From: Haliotis rufescens
Lineage: Eukaryota
DNA length: 64,000 nucleotides
Direction: 5' to 3'
Assembly (NCBI RefSeq): GCF_023055435.1
Contig: NW_025963813.1
Coordinates: 27,714,001-27,778,000 of the forward strand
The notes under the pieces were generated by a model. That model searched no databases. It was given only the letters and a program-made list of their open reading frames with translations, and was not told where the DNA came from. This document shows positions 36,080 through 48,825 of this stretch, piece after piece (position 1 is the stretch's first letter; every line of letters begins with the position of its first letter). Both the position numbers and the translations under genes were made by a program.

Positions 36080-36204
36080 CACTACATTTTCCAAGCGTCC
36101 CAGTGTTGCAGCGAACTCCCTTTTCACATCGTGTTCCGACTGCAAAGATCGAATCAAGCCAGACGAATGGATGAACTGTTTCTTCTCCAGTTTTGACACC
36201 GACA
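36080..36204 (+). CDS. Exon 5 of NRF/EF-hand gene, copy 1
   Basis: cacttgcag|C...GACA|gtgagt (phase 2 to 1); TTTFSKRPSVAANSLFTSCSDCKDRIKPDEWMNCFFSSFDTD. Confidence 0.82.
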
Positions 36205-37215
36205 GTGAGTACATGTAGTTATCTCCCTTGACAGTAACAAGCTCCTGACAGCGATCCATCATTGCCTGACCCCTTTACGAAGAACGGATAGGCACTGCTC
36301 TGGAAACAAACTGATGTGTGTAATTAATTTATCTCCCCCTGTCCTTGATTCATGACGAATAGTCGACCTTGAACACTAGGGTCATATCTCTGCAGGATAA
36401 TACACCATTTAATATTCCGCTTCCATATTCGAATGACACAACGCTACAAATAGCCGTCCAATCGCCATGTTGGGTTCCTCCCGTCTTTGTAGCCAGGAAG
36501 ACAGTCTCTTAATTCGATGGCCCGCCCGTAAAAGGACGTGAATTTCAATGACTTTTAGATTAATGCCGAGGATTGGATATCCAAAACGTCCGCAATAAAC
36601 AACTCGTAATTGACAACTTACATCGTTACAGATAAAAGCGACGTTACATGCAATATGGATTGAAAGCAGCTCTGTTTCAAATCTGAGCACAAGTCACTTA
36701 TAGCTGTCAATATTGTTGCCTGTTCACCTCAAACTCAGTTATCCGCCCCTTTCCCCCAAAATTATGTACCAACTAGTTGGTTGTTAAACGCCGCACTGAG
36801 CAATATCCCAGCTGTATGACGGCGGTCTGTAAATGATCGAGTCTGGACCAGGCAATCCAGTGGTTGACATCATGAGCATCTGACCGTCCGATCCCGTTAG
36901 TCGCCTGTTGCGGCAAGCATGGGTTGCTAAAGACCTATTCTACTCCGGGTCTTCACGGGTCCAACCTCTGATAAAAGTGTTATCGTCTTAACGCTACGGA
37001 ACGGAGCTTTGAACTTCGTAAACTTGATATTAAGAGTCCCCCAATGCAAAGAATAACCTCAAGAAGGACTGTGATCTGAAATGGACATCAACTCAGACTA
37101 TGTTGGAACGAGGTAATGAATGATGTCAGCTTCAATTATTTGCGACAATGCTTTCATATGGACCTTCTTGTTGGTTTAAAATACTAACAATGTACCTGAA
37201 GATGTACTTTTTCAG

Positions 37216-37386
37216 AAAATGGCAACATCAGCAAGCGTGAATGGTGGTCCGAGAGCCACAAGCTGGGGCTGGACACGACTGACCAGGGCCAGATAGCGCG
37301 AGCCTTCATCGAGCTGGACATCAACAAGGACCTCCAGATAGACGCACCTGACCTCAAGTATCTCTTTGCCTTCTTTGACGACAACG
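37216..37386 (+). CDS. Exon 6 of NRF/EF-hand gene, copy 1 (EF-hands)
   Basis: tttttcag|AA...AACG|gtgagg (phase 1 to 1); KNGNISKREWW...FIELDINKDLQIDAPDLKYLFAFFDDN. Confidence 0.87.
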
Positions 37387-37532
37387 GTGAGGTCACCGCT
37401 TTGAATTGTTAAGGCTATGCAATTCTCATGTGGCGGTGGCGCCGCGATTCGCGTCCCTTGTGCACGCCAGAAACCTATGATTGTGGGTTCGAATCCCGGT
37501 TTGCCCCGATTGTTTCTAAGCACCATACCTGT

Positions 37533-38026
37533 CATCTTCCCGAGGCAAGGGAGGTAACTGACTATAAAAGTCCAGTTTCCATCCTTGCCGAACAAGGCTG
37601 GTATTATGGAGTTACGTTTTTGCTCGACTAACGAGTCTATGCATAGTCCAATCGAAATCCGGTTCGAAAACTGTCGTCCAGATTTCGATTGATTGCAGGA
37701 TTTGCAAAACATGTGCACCGCCAACTCCTTGTCAACAGATATTTTTCATGTTTTTTTAACTCACGTGATGCATTTCGCGATGTAAGACCCGTTATATCAC
37801 AATATAGATCTTGATTATCCATCAGATCGTCCTGACTGGGCGCTGCTATTTTGTGTGAAGCAAACGATACGATAGGTGGAATCTGATTGGTCCATAGATG
37901 CATAGAAGGGACATAACTAGTAATAGCCACTGGTGGCGCTACGATCGAGGCCAGTAATTCCAGCCTAGTTCGGCAAGGGTGGAAACTGGACTTTTACAGT
38001 CAGTTAACTCTTGCCTCGGCAAGATG
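37533..38026. mobile_element. MITE with ~70-bp TIRs and 9-bp TSD (Mutator-like), inserted into a SINE B
   Basis: catcttcccgaggcaagg... / ...ttgcctcggcaagatg; TSD catacctgt / catacccgt; partial copies ~34688-35148 and ~60708-61160. Confidence 0.85.
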
Positions 38027-38634
38027 CATACCCGTGGGTTTCACCGAAGTAGTAAACGTCTAAAACCTGCATCACTTCGGCCTTTCCTCCCACGAAATGT
38101 GCTGGGACAAACATTCGAGAAACATTTCGCCCGAACACATATCCCTAACAAATGAGTCACGTTCGACTTGATCACCTGTCCACCCCGGTTACATCTTTCT
38201 CGTGGCCCTGTCGAGACTGGTACTGAGTTGCAGAGAATGTTTGTGAGCTGGCTTCTCATTTGCAACATCTATGACACTAACTGATGAGGATGGGAACATG
38301 ACAAACGTCCACCTGTGAAAGCCGACATGCCTTATCGTCATTGCTGTGAATTTATGGATGTCAACTTCTTTATTATCAACACAACGTTTCGCAGTATATG
38401 CTTACTCCTCACGGGTTGTTAGTTATGCAAAAGTTGCCTATTTTCCTACCTGGAGTCTTCAGTCGTGACATAAAACCGTATGTAGGACGTGTTTTTTAGA
38501 TCGAAATGCTAATGTAAAACCTGTCCCAATATTGGCTGCGCCCAACGGAGAATTATATGCTCCTCGAAAGTTGTGTTTATAGAAGCTGGCTGCATACTCC
38601 TCTCCAGTACTGTACAATTTCGGTTTCTTTTCAG

Positions 38635-38693
38635 GAGATGGGTTTGTCAACCTCCAGGAGTTCAGCTACAACTGGCAGTCTGTCGTCTCGTAG
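38635..38693 (+). CDS. Terminal exon 7 of NRF/EF-hand gene, copy 1
   Basis: tttcttttcag|GA GAT GGG...TAG; GDGFVNLQEFSYNWQSVVS*; AATAAA at 38731-38736. Confidence 0.87.
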
Positions 38694-41161
38694 ACTTCAA
38701 TCACATCACCTGTCAAGATACCACACTGTTAATAAACGCCGTTTAACGCTTGTAATTTGCCTGGTCCATGTTGAACACCTGACTTTCACAATCCCTCAGC
38801 ACATGTAGTTTGGCAAATTAACCTTGATCGATGTTCATGAAATCAATCACTGGAATGTCTGGTCCAGACCGCCGTCATATAGCTGGAATATTGCTGAGTG
38901 CGGAGTTAAACAACAAATAATGAAATGACTTACACACAGTTGCCAGATGTTTCCAAAAACATTCTGGTTATCCTCATCGCCAATACGCCCCTCTTTCTCC
39001 AGAAGCCATGAAAGGGTGATCTACAAAGACTCCCAGGCATCAGAAGTGAAAATATACTCATAAAGCTCGCATCAATTCTGGAACAAGCTGCCGTTTGGTT
39101 TTCAGTTATTAATGACATCAATGGGAAATGAGTGAGTTGGGTTTACGCCGCTTTTAGCAATATTCCACCAATGTCACGGCGGGGGGACACCAGAAATGGG
39201 CCTTCCCACATTGTACCCATGTGACGAGCAATCGCTTCATCCACAAGGCTACCCACCGCCAGTGTGAATGTTATTGCAGTACCTGTGGGTTGGGTTTAAC
39301 ACCGCTTTTAACGATATTCCAGGTGTATCACGGCATGTCAGCTTAGTGTGGTAGGAAAGCTCGAAGTGATGCAGGTCTTGACAAACCTAGAAACATAATT
39401 GGGGCGAACCCACAATCATAGGTTTCTGGCGTGCCCAACTCTGCACAGCGAATCGCGGCGCCTTAGACGACTGGGCCACCCGTAGTACCGGTGAAGGGAT
39501 ATTCAGTGAAATGAAGCGTACACAAACCTTTACCATACTTTTCATCTCAGGAAACTTTTACCTCAAAAAGACAACCACCTAAGCGCATATTATGTCATCT
39601 GAAAGTCTTTTTTGATGGCACAAAAACCGTTAGCATGCACACGTAACCAGCAAATGTCAATCAGAATCCAACATATACGGGTTCTACCACATGCTACTGT
39701 AGGTCTCGCGAACACAGGGAAAGACGGCTCCAACGCTGTCCCGTATATCTGCAGCTGCTGTGACGTCATGGTCGTGCTTTATTTGTGTTTGGTTTGTGAA
39801 GTTACCACACTTCGGCTCAGTGGAATTCTGGGAAGGAAAGAGAAGTTACATGGGGATGACTAATACTTGGAGTGATGTAAACAAACTATCTTTGTACATT
39901 TTTTCAAAACATTCCTAACTATAAATTATTCCACTAAACATGTTTCTGTTACTCAGGCACAATCATAGAAGGGAGACACGCTCTGCCCTGGCTCCCGTTC
40001 CCGTTCCACAAAGCCATCGTAAGCCCATGTTAATGTGTGGGAGTTACGATCACCTTAGCGCTAACAACGCCGTGTGGAACAGGGCCCTGGACTGGTGTAC
40101 CTGCCCTTATGTGCTTCAGCTCCTCGCATGCAGCCGCTAGCGGTGCTGTCTGTCGAGAGGGGCGGGAACAGGCCTGCAGCCTACCACTATAGGGGAAACG
40201 TTAACCCATTTCCATGGAGCGAGTTCTGCCTGTCGGGAGGGACAGGGGCAGCACTACAGCATATCGCTATGCGGGAAACCTTGACCCATTTCTGTGGAAG
40301 AGGTATTAGCACTTTTGGACAGCGTGAACATCCGACTGTCGGGCTACAGGAGTAAACATTAACATTACGGAGGTAACTCTCAGAAGTATGGTTAAAACGT
40401 ACAACATTGTTGGTTTCAATTTTAAACAACATCTGCATGTCTCCACTGATCGATCTACTTCATTATAAAATAATATTACACAATCTAGCTATAACTTTAA
40501 AAAGATAAATCATGAAAAAATATTAATAACTCTACCACTTTAGATATACACCATTGTCAACAGTACCATGCATAAGACTATGGTTGTGTCAACGTAATAC
40601 CCCTTGTTCCTAGCAAACAATCAATGTTTCAGGAAGTCATCGTTGTGAAAACGTAAGTTTTGATTCCATAATCTTTTTTTCTACAACAAACATTTAAACT
40701 GAAATATGTAATTTTCATATTCTCATTCCCGATCCTGAGTGAGTTAGTTGGGTTTAACGCCTCGTTTAACGCCGCTTTTAACAGTATTCCAGTTATATCG
40801 CGGCATGTCGTCTTAATGTGGGAGAAAAGCCCGAAGTGATGCAGGTCTCAGACGTTTACCACTTCGGTGAAACCCACGAGCACGGGAAGGGTGCTGACAA
40901 ACATAGAAACATAATCGGGGCGAACCGGGAATCTAACCCACAATCATAGGTTTCTGGCGTGCCCAAGGGACGCAACTCTGCACAGCGAATCGCGGCGCCT
41001 GAGACAACATGACGGTACCAGATGCAAATTACAATTCTGGGTTACACGTGTTCATAATGATAGTATAGGTACTTGCACCATCAGGAAGGTATGCTACAAA
41101 ATGTCTTTGCGCCGTGTTGATCCTATGGATCAAAGCTATCTTTCTTACCTTCTGTGAAATA

Positions 41162-42411
41162 TACTCAACAACAAAAGTTCCTGTGACACCAATATTTTAC
41201 TGTATTTTTCAAACAAGTAAAGTTTGGTTTTCAATATTGTAGTACATGTATGGAATCAAGTCACAAAAACGCAACAGCTACAGAAAAGCATGCATTCCAT
41301 GCAAAAGTTGACCCATGCATTTCACTACCCAAGAATGGGTATAAAAACATGTGCGTTAACGGGATTCCATATGCATTGTTTAGCATCGTGCTGACAACAA
41401 CCACTCAGAAACACAACAAAATTACGCAATTATTCAACATTACGAAATGCCACGCCTTTCCGAAAATGAGCGTCTGCGAGCCATTGCGAGCGTAGGCTTG
41501 AAGCAGGATCGAGTCAACGTGATGTTGCAAGACAATTTAACGTCCACAGAAACACCATTTGGTGTTTATAGCAACGTTGGCAACAGACGAATGCAGTCAG
41601 AGACCATCCTCGGAGTGTCAGGCCACGCGTAACCAATAATCGACAAGACAACTGGATTTGAACAACACACCTACGAAATCGATTCCAGCCAGCAACAGTG
41701 ACTGCAAGAAGAATCCCTGGCCTTCGACGAATATCTTCACAAACCGTACGCCGTCGCCTCAGATGTGCAGGGATTGTCGCCAGAAGACCCACCAGACGTC
41801 CCATTTTGACAGGAAACCACCGTCAAGCACGTCTACAGTGGTGCAGACAGCGTCTACGGCCCTGTTGTTCTACCGTTTTTGCGTCGTCATGGCCCAGGCA
41901 TTACCTTTCAACATGACAACGCCCGGCCTCATTTTACTCGACTTGTTCAGAATTCTCTTCAACAAAACAACGTGAATGTCATCCCCTGGCCGGCTCGCTC
42001 CCCTGATCTCTCACCAATCCAGCACATGTGGAATGAGATGGATCGGCGCCTTCGACGTCAACCACGTGTTCCGAAGACACTCCAGGAACTTCGAAACATG
42101 CTCCAGCAGATATGGACAGATATCCCACAGGACATTGTGCGACGCCTGGTCCATTCCATGAGATGAAGATGTGTTGCTTGTATCGCAACCAGAGGTGGAC
42201 ACACACGCTACTGATTTGTAAATTGACATTTTGGCATGTTCATGTGTTTTATGAAATCACGCATTTTCTGAAGTCAGTATGGCAAATTAAACCATTTGAA
42301 CACTTACAGGAGTCTGTTATCTGTTGCAAACCGAAATTGTTTCAGATTTGGTAAAAACATAACTTTGCATTAAATCTTAATCAATTTCACAGGAACTTTT
42401 GTTGTTCAGTA
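41162..42411 (+). mobile_element. Tc1/mariner transposon with an internal deletion
   Basis: TIRs tactcaacaacaaaagttcctgtga / tcacaggaacttttgttgttcagta with TA flanks; MPRLSENERLRAI, FQHDNARPH, WPARSPDLSPIQHMW; first catalytic Asp region deleted. Confidence 0.9.
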
Positions 42412-43045
42412 TACATTCATTCATCATACCGCCAACGCCAACCCCAACCCCAGTCTTTTTTAGACTTGATCTAAATTTAAAAGTGAATAGAGAAAGATAT
42501 TTAAATATTGAAAAGTCACTAAGAATTTGCCGGGTACACCAGAAATGGGCTTCACGCAACCTACCCATATGGAGAATCGAACGGGGCATTGTGCGTGACG
42601 ATCGAACGCTTAAACCACTAGGCTATCCCACCGCCCCGTCTCAGCTTGTATACTTCCACCATCTATCGTGAATAACGTATTGAAAGAAGCAAGAACACTG
42701 CAAATGTAATGTGTATAAATGGAAATGCAACGTCGACTACAATGGCAGAAGTTGAATGTCGCCCATGATAAATATAAGTTATCATCATTATCATCGTCAC
42801 TTTATGGCCAATAAGTGGTTAAATAACTCTGTGAATATGACTTAAGAAATTACTTAAAACTTAAGTTGGTTGTTAGAGAAACTCAGATTTCATGGTGGGT
42901 TTAAGAATTATTAATATCTTAAGAAAATTATAAGAAGCTTTGTGAATACCGCTCCAGGAATGGTATAAACACATTGAACCGGTTTTCACTGTGACGAGTC
43001 CAAGCTTTCTCCAAACCCACTCGGAAGGCCTGGAAAGCAGAAACT

Positions 43046-43250
43046 AATTTAAAAACAATTGTACAAAAACCTATGATTTCAGCATTTATCTAACTACGTA
43101 TACAAAAGGCGTTTTTAATTATTTTTTTTATATGTTTGTTTTATCAGGGCAAATAGCGGTGGTTTGTAGAATACTTATGGCAGCCATATTGGACACCTTT
43201 TGTAAACGTAAATGCTGACATCATAGGTTTTTGTACAATTGATTTAAACT
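43046..43250. mobile_element. Small MITE-like inverted-repeat element
   Basis: tttaaaaacaattgtacaaaaacctatgatttcagcattta / taaatgctgacatcataggtttttgtacaattgatttaaa. Confidence 0.7.
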
Positions 43251-44440
43251 GATTGCAATTGCATGTTATATGTGTACACTGTCATCACTAAATGTATTCA
43301 GCTGAGTCACTACTTCATAAAGATTTTTTATTAAGCGTCCGAAAACCTATTTCTATGACCCCTGCTATATATGTTATACCTTTTTCAGTATGAGACACAC
43401 ATTCTACCCTTAACTAAACCTTGGGGGCAAAGTGCGGCCAGCCCACTCAATAACACATCGTGTGTACTGGTTTATCAAGTTGACATTTTGGTTATTTTAT
43501 AGTATTTGGCGCTGTTTACTTCAGCGGGCCTCGTGTGTCAGACTGGCGTGACTTGGAACCATTTCCGACCACGGACTTTGCCCTGTGCTATCCTGGTGCA
43601 GCCACACTGATTACTCTAAAGTTTGCGGAAAAAAGTGAACATAAATATAAAGCGGGAGCGGAAGCTTTTGGATACATTTCTAACAGGTTTAGTGATAGCG
43701 TTTTAAATAATATTGGTAATGATAGTAAATGAGTTGGGTTTCTTAAACATTTTTATATCTGGTCGGCGGAATAAAAAAACACACACACTGCATTCTTTTC
43801 TTGTTTTTCACATTTTCATTGTTTTGAAGTGGGCGGATTCGTAGGACCAGTTTTTTGTGTTACCAGTAGGGGTGTAGATTCGAACCCGGACAAGTGAACC
43901 TGATTTACGGCGCTATTGACTACATGTTCACCCGTGACAGCGTAATCTTTAAAAAAAAGAAATAATGCACTCTGAGTTCGGTCCTGAGAGTTGAAGGGCT
44001 TCATGTAGAGAGATAATGGAGATATTTTTATGTGTGGTGAACGAATGATAATACCTTACTTATCATATCACGAGATAAATAATATATAGTATTTGACATT
44101 GAAAAGCAATTTCTCTCAAATCTCCTATTTTTATACAGATAAGCGTTATTCACTCGGAAATATCGATTTGAGTTCAGTTTGGTTTGTCTGTTTGTTGTTT
44201 TACGCCGCACTCAGCAATATTCCATGACGACGGTCTGTAAATAATCGAGTCGGGACCAGACAGCCCAGTGATTGATATCTTAAGCATCGATCCACGCAAT
44301 TGGGATACGATGACATGCTTCAACCAAATCAGCGAGCCTGACCACCCGATCCCGTTAGTCGCCTTTTACGACAAGCATAGTCGCCTTTTACGGCAAGTAT
44401 GGGTTGCTGAAGACCTATTCTACCCCGGAATCTTCACGGA

Positions 44441-44675
44441 GAGGAAGATAAAGTAATGTATTTATAGGACTTGACGCGGAAGATAAGTAATGTATTTATA
44501 GGACCTGACGCGGAAGATTAAGTACTGTATATATAGGACTTGATGCGGAAGATGCAGTACTGTAGTTATAGTTAAACAACAAACAAACAAACTTTATCTT
44601 CCGCATCAAGTCCTATAAATACAGTATTTTATCTTCCGCGTCAAGTCGTGTACTTTATCTTCCGCGTCAAGTCCT
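44441..44675. repeat. ~34-bp tandem units (4 forward, 3 inverted) forming a foldback
   Basis: gcggaagataagtaatgtatttataggacttgac repeats followed by inverted tttatcttccgc(a/g)tcaagtc repeats. Confidence 0.85.
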
Positions 44676-44759
44676 GCATATATCCGTCGTAGCACATCCT
44701 TTATTGACGGCGTTATACCTATGTATCCCATGTGACATACAATAGGCCTTCACATATCT

Positions 44760-45050
44760 CACCCTCACCTGTAACGTCAGGACTGTGTCTTATCTGTAAC
44801 TGTGAATGTGATGACATTGTTAAGCACCAATTGCTTTACTGTGATGACCTAATGAAACAGAGAAATGTGCTTAGTAAGTCTCTATTTGACAATCTCAGAC
44901 TTGAGGACACGTTTAGTGATGACGTCAAGATACCTCGGTGCCATTACAGATGTGGTCCAGGACATGACACTTGACAGCTGGGCTACATTTATGAGTATCG
45001 TGGCTAAACATGTCAGCTCATGGAACTTAACATCCATCTTGTATGTGTAA
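44760..45050 (+). mobile_element. Possible 3' remnant of a non-LTR retrotransposon ORF2 (CCHC-like motif)
   Basis: CLICNCECDDIVKHQLLYC...KQRN resembles a LINE C-terminal CxxC...H...C motif. Confidence 0.4.
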
Positions 45051-47104
45051 CCGATTTTAGTGTGGAGGCAACATCAAAAGTCAAAGACACTGGTTACGGG
45101 GTGAGAACGTTTTATTCCCGGTCAATTAAACACACCCTGAAACAATATATCATTCAATATATACAGCGTCATACAATATACCTGAGGCTTAAAAACAGTC
45201 CATTACACAAATTAGGTGAAACAAAGGACAGATCGTATGACAATACAACAAGGGGAGATAACTCCTTGATTAACTCATATCTTCAAAATATATTCAAATT
45301 AAATATGACACAGACGTCTTAATGCAATACGCATATCAAATAGAATAGATGTGATACTCAGTATCACATAAACATACGGGATGCAAAATAGCATAGTTCC
45401 TACCCGGTGTATGGCACTAGGGTGCACACGACGTTAACCAAGCTCCGCCAAATCAGATATACCAAGCGTACCTAAAATCCGTGTAAACAATATGCAACAT
45501 TAATTCTACAGTAACTACAAATCAACATAGCTATTATCATTACCAACACCTGGAACACATCAAAACAACTTAGGCTAAAACCACATTCGTACTTACATTC
45601 ACATATACACTATTCTTCCTCTCATATATGAAATCAGTCAATCAACCACTCAAACATGCAACGATTCACTCATAGGGAAAATATAATTACCTGAATGAGT
45701 TATTTGATAGTTATTTGTATTGATTCTATACTCTGAAATGCACTAGAACCTGACTGAAGTGTTATTTACATTTAGGTTAGATTTACCATTATTAAGGTTG
45801 AATTTACTTGTTTTATTTATATCCACACAATACAAATATAACATATAAAGTGTACACACTCATAAACCAATGTAAGAGATTAAACTAACCTGTGAGGTAT
45901 TTGCATTTGTTTATGACTCCATGGTATTACAATCCTGATGGTGCAAAGAGTGACTGTGAAGTGCAGCTTTGAATTAGGAAAGAGGGCAAGAGTTTGAATG
46001 ATCCAATCGGTATTCATTAAATCAGGCCACATAATAATGTGGTAGCCCTACCTATCTACCCTTAATCATATTAGAATGAAACTAACTATAGAGCTAATAA
46101 TAGACTCAACCTTCTGTGTCCTTATAATTATAGCCTGTATCAAAAATGACCAAACCTGTTGATAGAACAAAATACATTCATTAGTTAAAATCAGAAATAA
46201 TACACCTGCAATTCATAATGCAATTGTCATTATACAAATATCAATGCAACACTTAAATGACTTAAAACTAATATTTACATAACTATATAATACAATAATA
46301 TGTATCTGCCACATATGTGTGAAGCTATGTCACACATCATGTAAATACAATTTCACGCATCACTTCATTACTGCTTACCCAGCTCAATCTGTTGTATTTA
46401 TATGTATTTTGCCATTGCCGTTGTCAAATAATGTAATGTAATTGTATGTACTACTCTCCAAATCATTGGGGGAAATAAAGAGTATTCATTCATTCATATC
46501 CCACTTAGCATTACCATGAAGCTCCAGTGATATCTGTCCACATGGTTGTTGCTGACCGACGTGTTGTGGGGTCAGGCTTGAGTCAGTATAAAGTTCATCT
46601 TAACTGGTATTCTCAACTTGAGCAATCTGCCTGCAAGCGTTGTACCCAGAGTGAGTGAGTTGGGTTTAACACCGCTCTGAACAGTATTCCAGTTATATCA
46701 CGGCGTGTCAGTTTTATGTGGGAGGAAAGCCCGAAGTGATGCAAGTCTCAGACGTTTACCACTTCGATGTAACCCACAGGTATGGTGCTGACAAACCTTA
46801 AACATAATCGGAGCGAACTGGGATTCGAACCCACTATCATAGGTTTCTGGCGTGCCCAAGGGACGCAACTCTGCACAGCGAATCGCGGCGCCCTTTCTAG
46901 ATAAAAAAACCTGAGATAATTAACTACGCCGCTGTCGGAACTATTGACGATAAGCATGGCGGTCCTATGACGAGGCTGTCCAGTAGTTGTGCGTGAGGGT
47001 GACACACACTCTGTCAGTCCACCCAGTGTGTCAGGCCATGTCACGGCGGGGATAGGCTTCATATGCATGACATTGTATTTTCCTAATGTGACGAGTCGAA
47101 CCGA

Positions 47105-47425
47105 AACAAAAACTTCGATTTTTTCTCGTTACTTCCATTATTTACTCGTTATTTCAATTATTTTCTCGTTGCTTCGAGTTTATTTTCCAGTTATTTAAAT
47201 TATTTTCTCCAAATTTCGAGTATTTCACGTTACTTCGATTATTTTCAAGTTTATTACAAAGTTTCGAAATTTCGAGAAAACAATTGAAACAACGAGAAAT
47301 AATCGAAGTAACGATAAAAAATACTTGAAATTTCGAGATAATAATTTAAATTACCAGAAATGATCGAAGTCACGAGAAAAAACTCGAAATTTCGAGAAAA
47401 TATTTATAATTACGAGAAAACAAAT
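47105..47425. repeat. AT-rich foldback element with ~20-bp subrepeats in inverted arms
   Basis: Left arm ttttctcgttacttcga repeats; right arm tcgaagtaacgagaaaa / tttcgagaaaa repeats. Confidence 0.8.
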
Positions 47426-48137
47426 AACTGATGCTACCAAGGTGGCCCCATTAGGCTTTCGTAGGTTACGTATGTGAACATGGAGGATTTAAAATCTCAC
47501 CCTGCCAAGAGGCAGGGTACTCCTCTGTGCCCAAATAGAGTGGTCTAGATGTCGAACGCGGACTTGTTTCCCTTAGCCGTCCTCGAAATCTGTTATCGTG
47601 GGTTCGAATCCCAGATTCGCCTTTGTCAGCATCATTTTTATTACCACCATGCTGGATATTAGCCCCATTTCATACTTTGCTGGTACTATTGTTAGAAAAG
47701 AAATATTTTGCATTTTAACTCGAACGTTACTTCTTGCAATTCTACTAGTTGACAATTAGTAGACGATTGACAATAGATGCCCAATTTATTCCCACAGATG
47801 GGTTTGGGGTCAGTCCTGATGGCCATGTTCCTATTTCTCAAACAATCCATTTACATATGAACTGTGTTTTGGCGAGCGTTATCCCTTTGTAATTGAAACT
47901 GACGGGTACTACGCGTAAAGTATACCAAGACTGGCCTCAAGACCTCATCGGCATCATGCATCCAAGTAAATCGACCATCAACACGTTTGGAGTTTGTCCT
48001 ACAGCCGTAGTCTATGCCGGCTGTAGCCATTTTGTATGTAGACTGGCTTTTTTTCAGCTACATTTGCACAACCAGATATGTATTAATTTGATTCTTAATA
48101 GAAGCACAATTATTGCTTCTTGCAATTTCTAGCACTT

Positions 48138-48184
48138 CCCACCCCAACCCCAACCCCAACCCCAACCCCAACCCCAACCCCAAC
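48138..48184 (+). repeat. (CCCCAA)n microsatellite
   Basis: About 7 tandem hexamers. Confidence 0.95.
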
Positions 48185-48585
48185 TCACCCTCACCCCCGA
48201 ATATCAAATGGGTAGTCCCTAAGCAAATTCCATAACCTTGAAATCCCACTGATTCACTGAGACCATTAGTTCCCACCTAACAACGCCTAATGCTTGTCAT
48301 TTGTGCGCTACGGTCATACATTGTGTCATCTCGCTTACAAAGCGGCAAATTCTCACCATTCTGTTAGGTTGATGTATTGGTGGCATTTTCATGCGTTTGG
48401 AATTATTGAATGTGGCCACTATATAGAAAAAAATGTTATGGGAAAGTATTTGTTGTTGCGCTGCCTGGCGCTCGGCTTTAAGGGGATAAAACAAGAACTG
48501 GTCGGTTCGGAGTCAGTATACTGTGTCTGAGTGGGGTATCAATGTTAAACAAGCATGGTGTTTCAGTGGTTTTGTATTATAAAAA

Positions 48586-48825
48586 GGGGGCGCGGGTGGC
48601 CCAGTCGTCTAAGGCGCCGCGATTCGCTGTGCAGAGTTGCGTCCCTTGGGCACGCCAGAAACCTATGATTGTGGGTTCGAATCCCGGTTCGCCCCGATTA
48701 TGTTTCTAGGTTTGTCAGCACCATACCCGTGCTCACTTCGGGCCTTCCTCACACATTAAGCTTACATGCCGCGATATAACTGGAATACTGTTAAAAGCGG
48801 TGTAAAACCCAACTCACTCACTCAC
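48586..48825 (+). mobile_element. SINE family B inserted into a family D remnant
   Basis: 13-bp TSD ttgtattataaaa at 48572 and 48826. Confidence 0.9.

Noticed and set aside
48138-48184. Telomere or interstitial telomeric repeat
   Set aside because: Short CCCCAA run rather than the TTAGGG-type repeat typical of molluscs and many other animals
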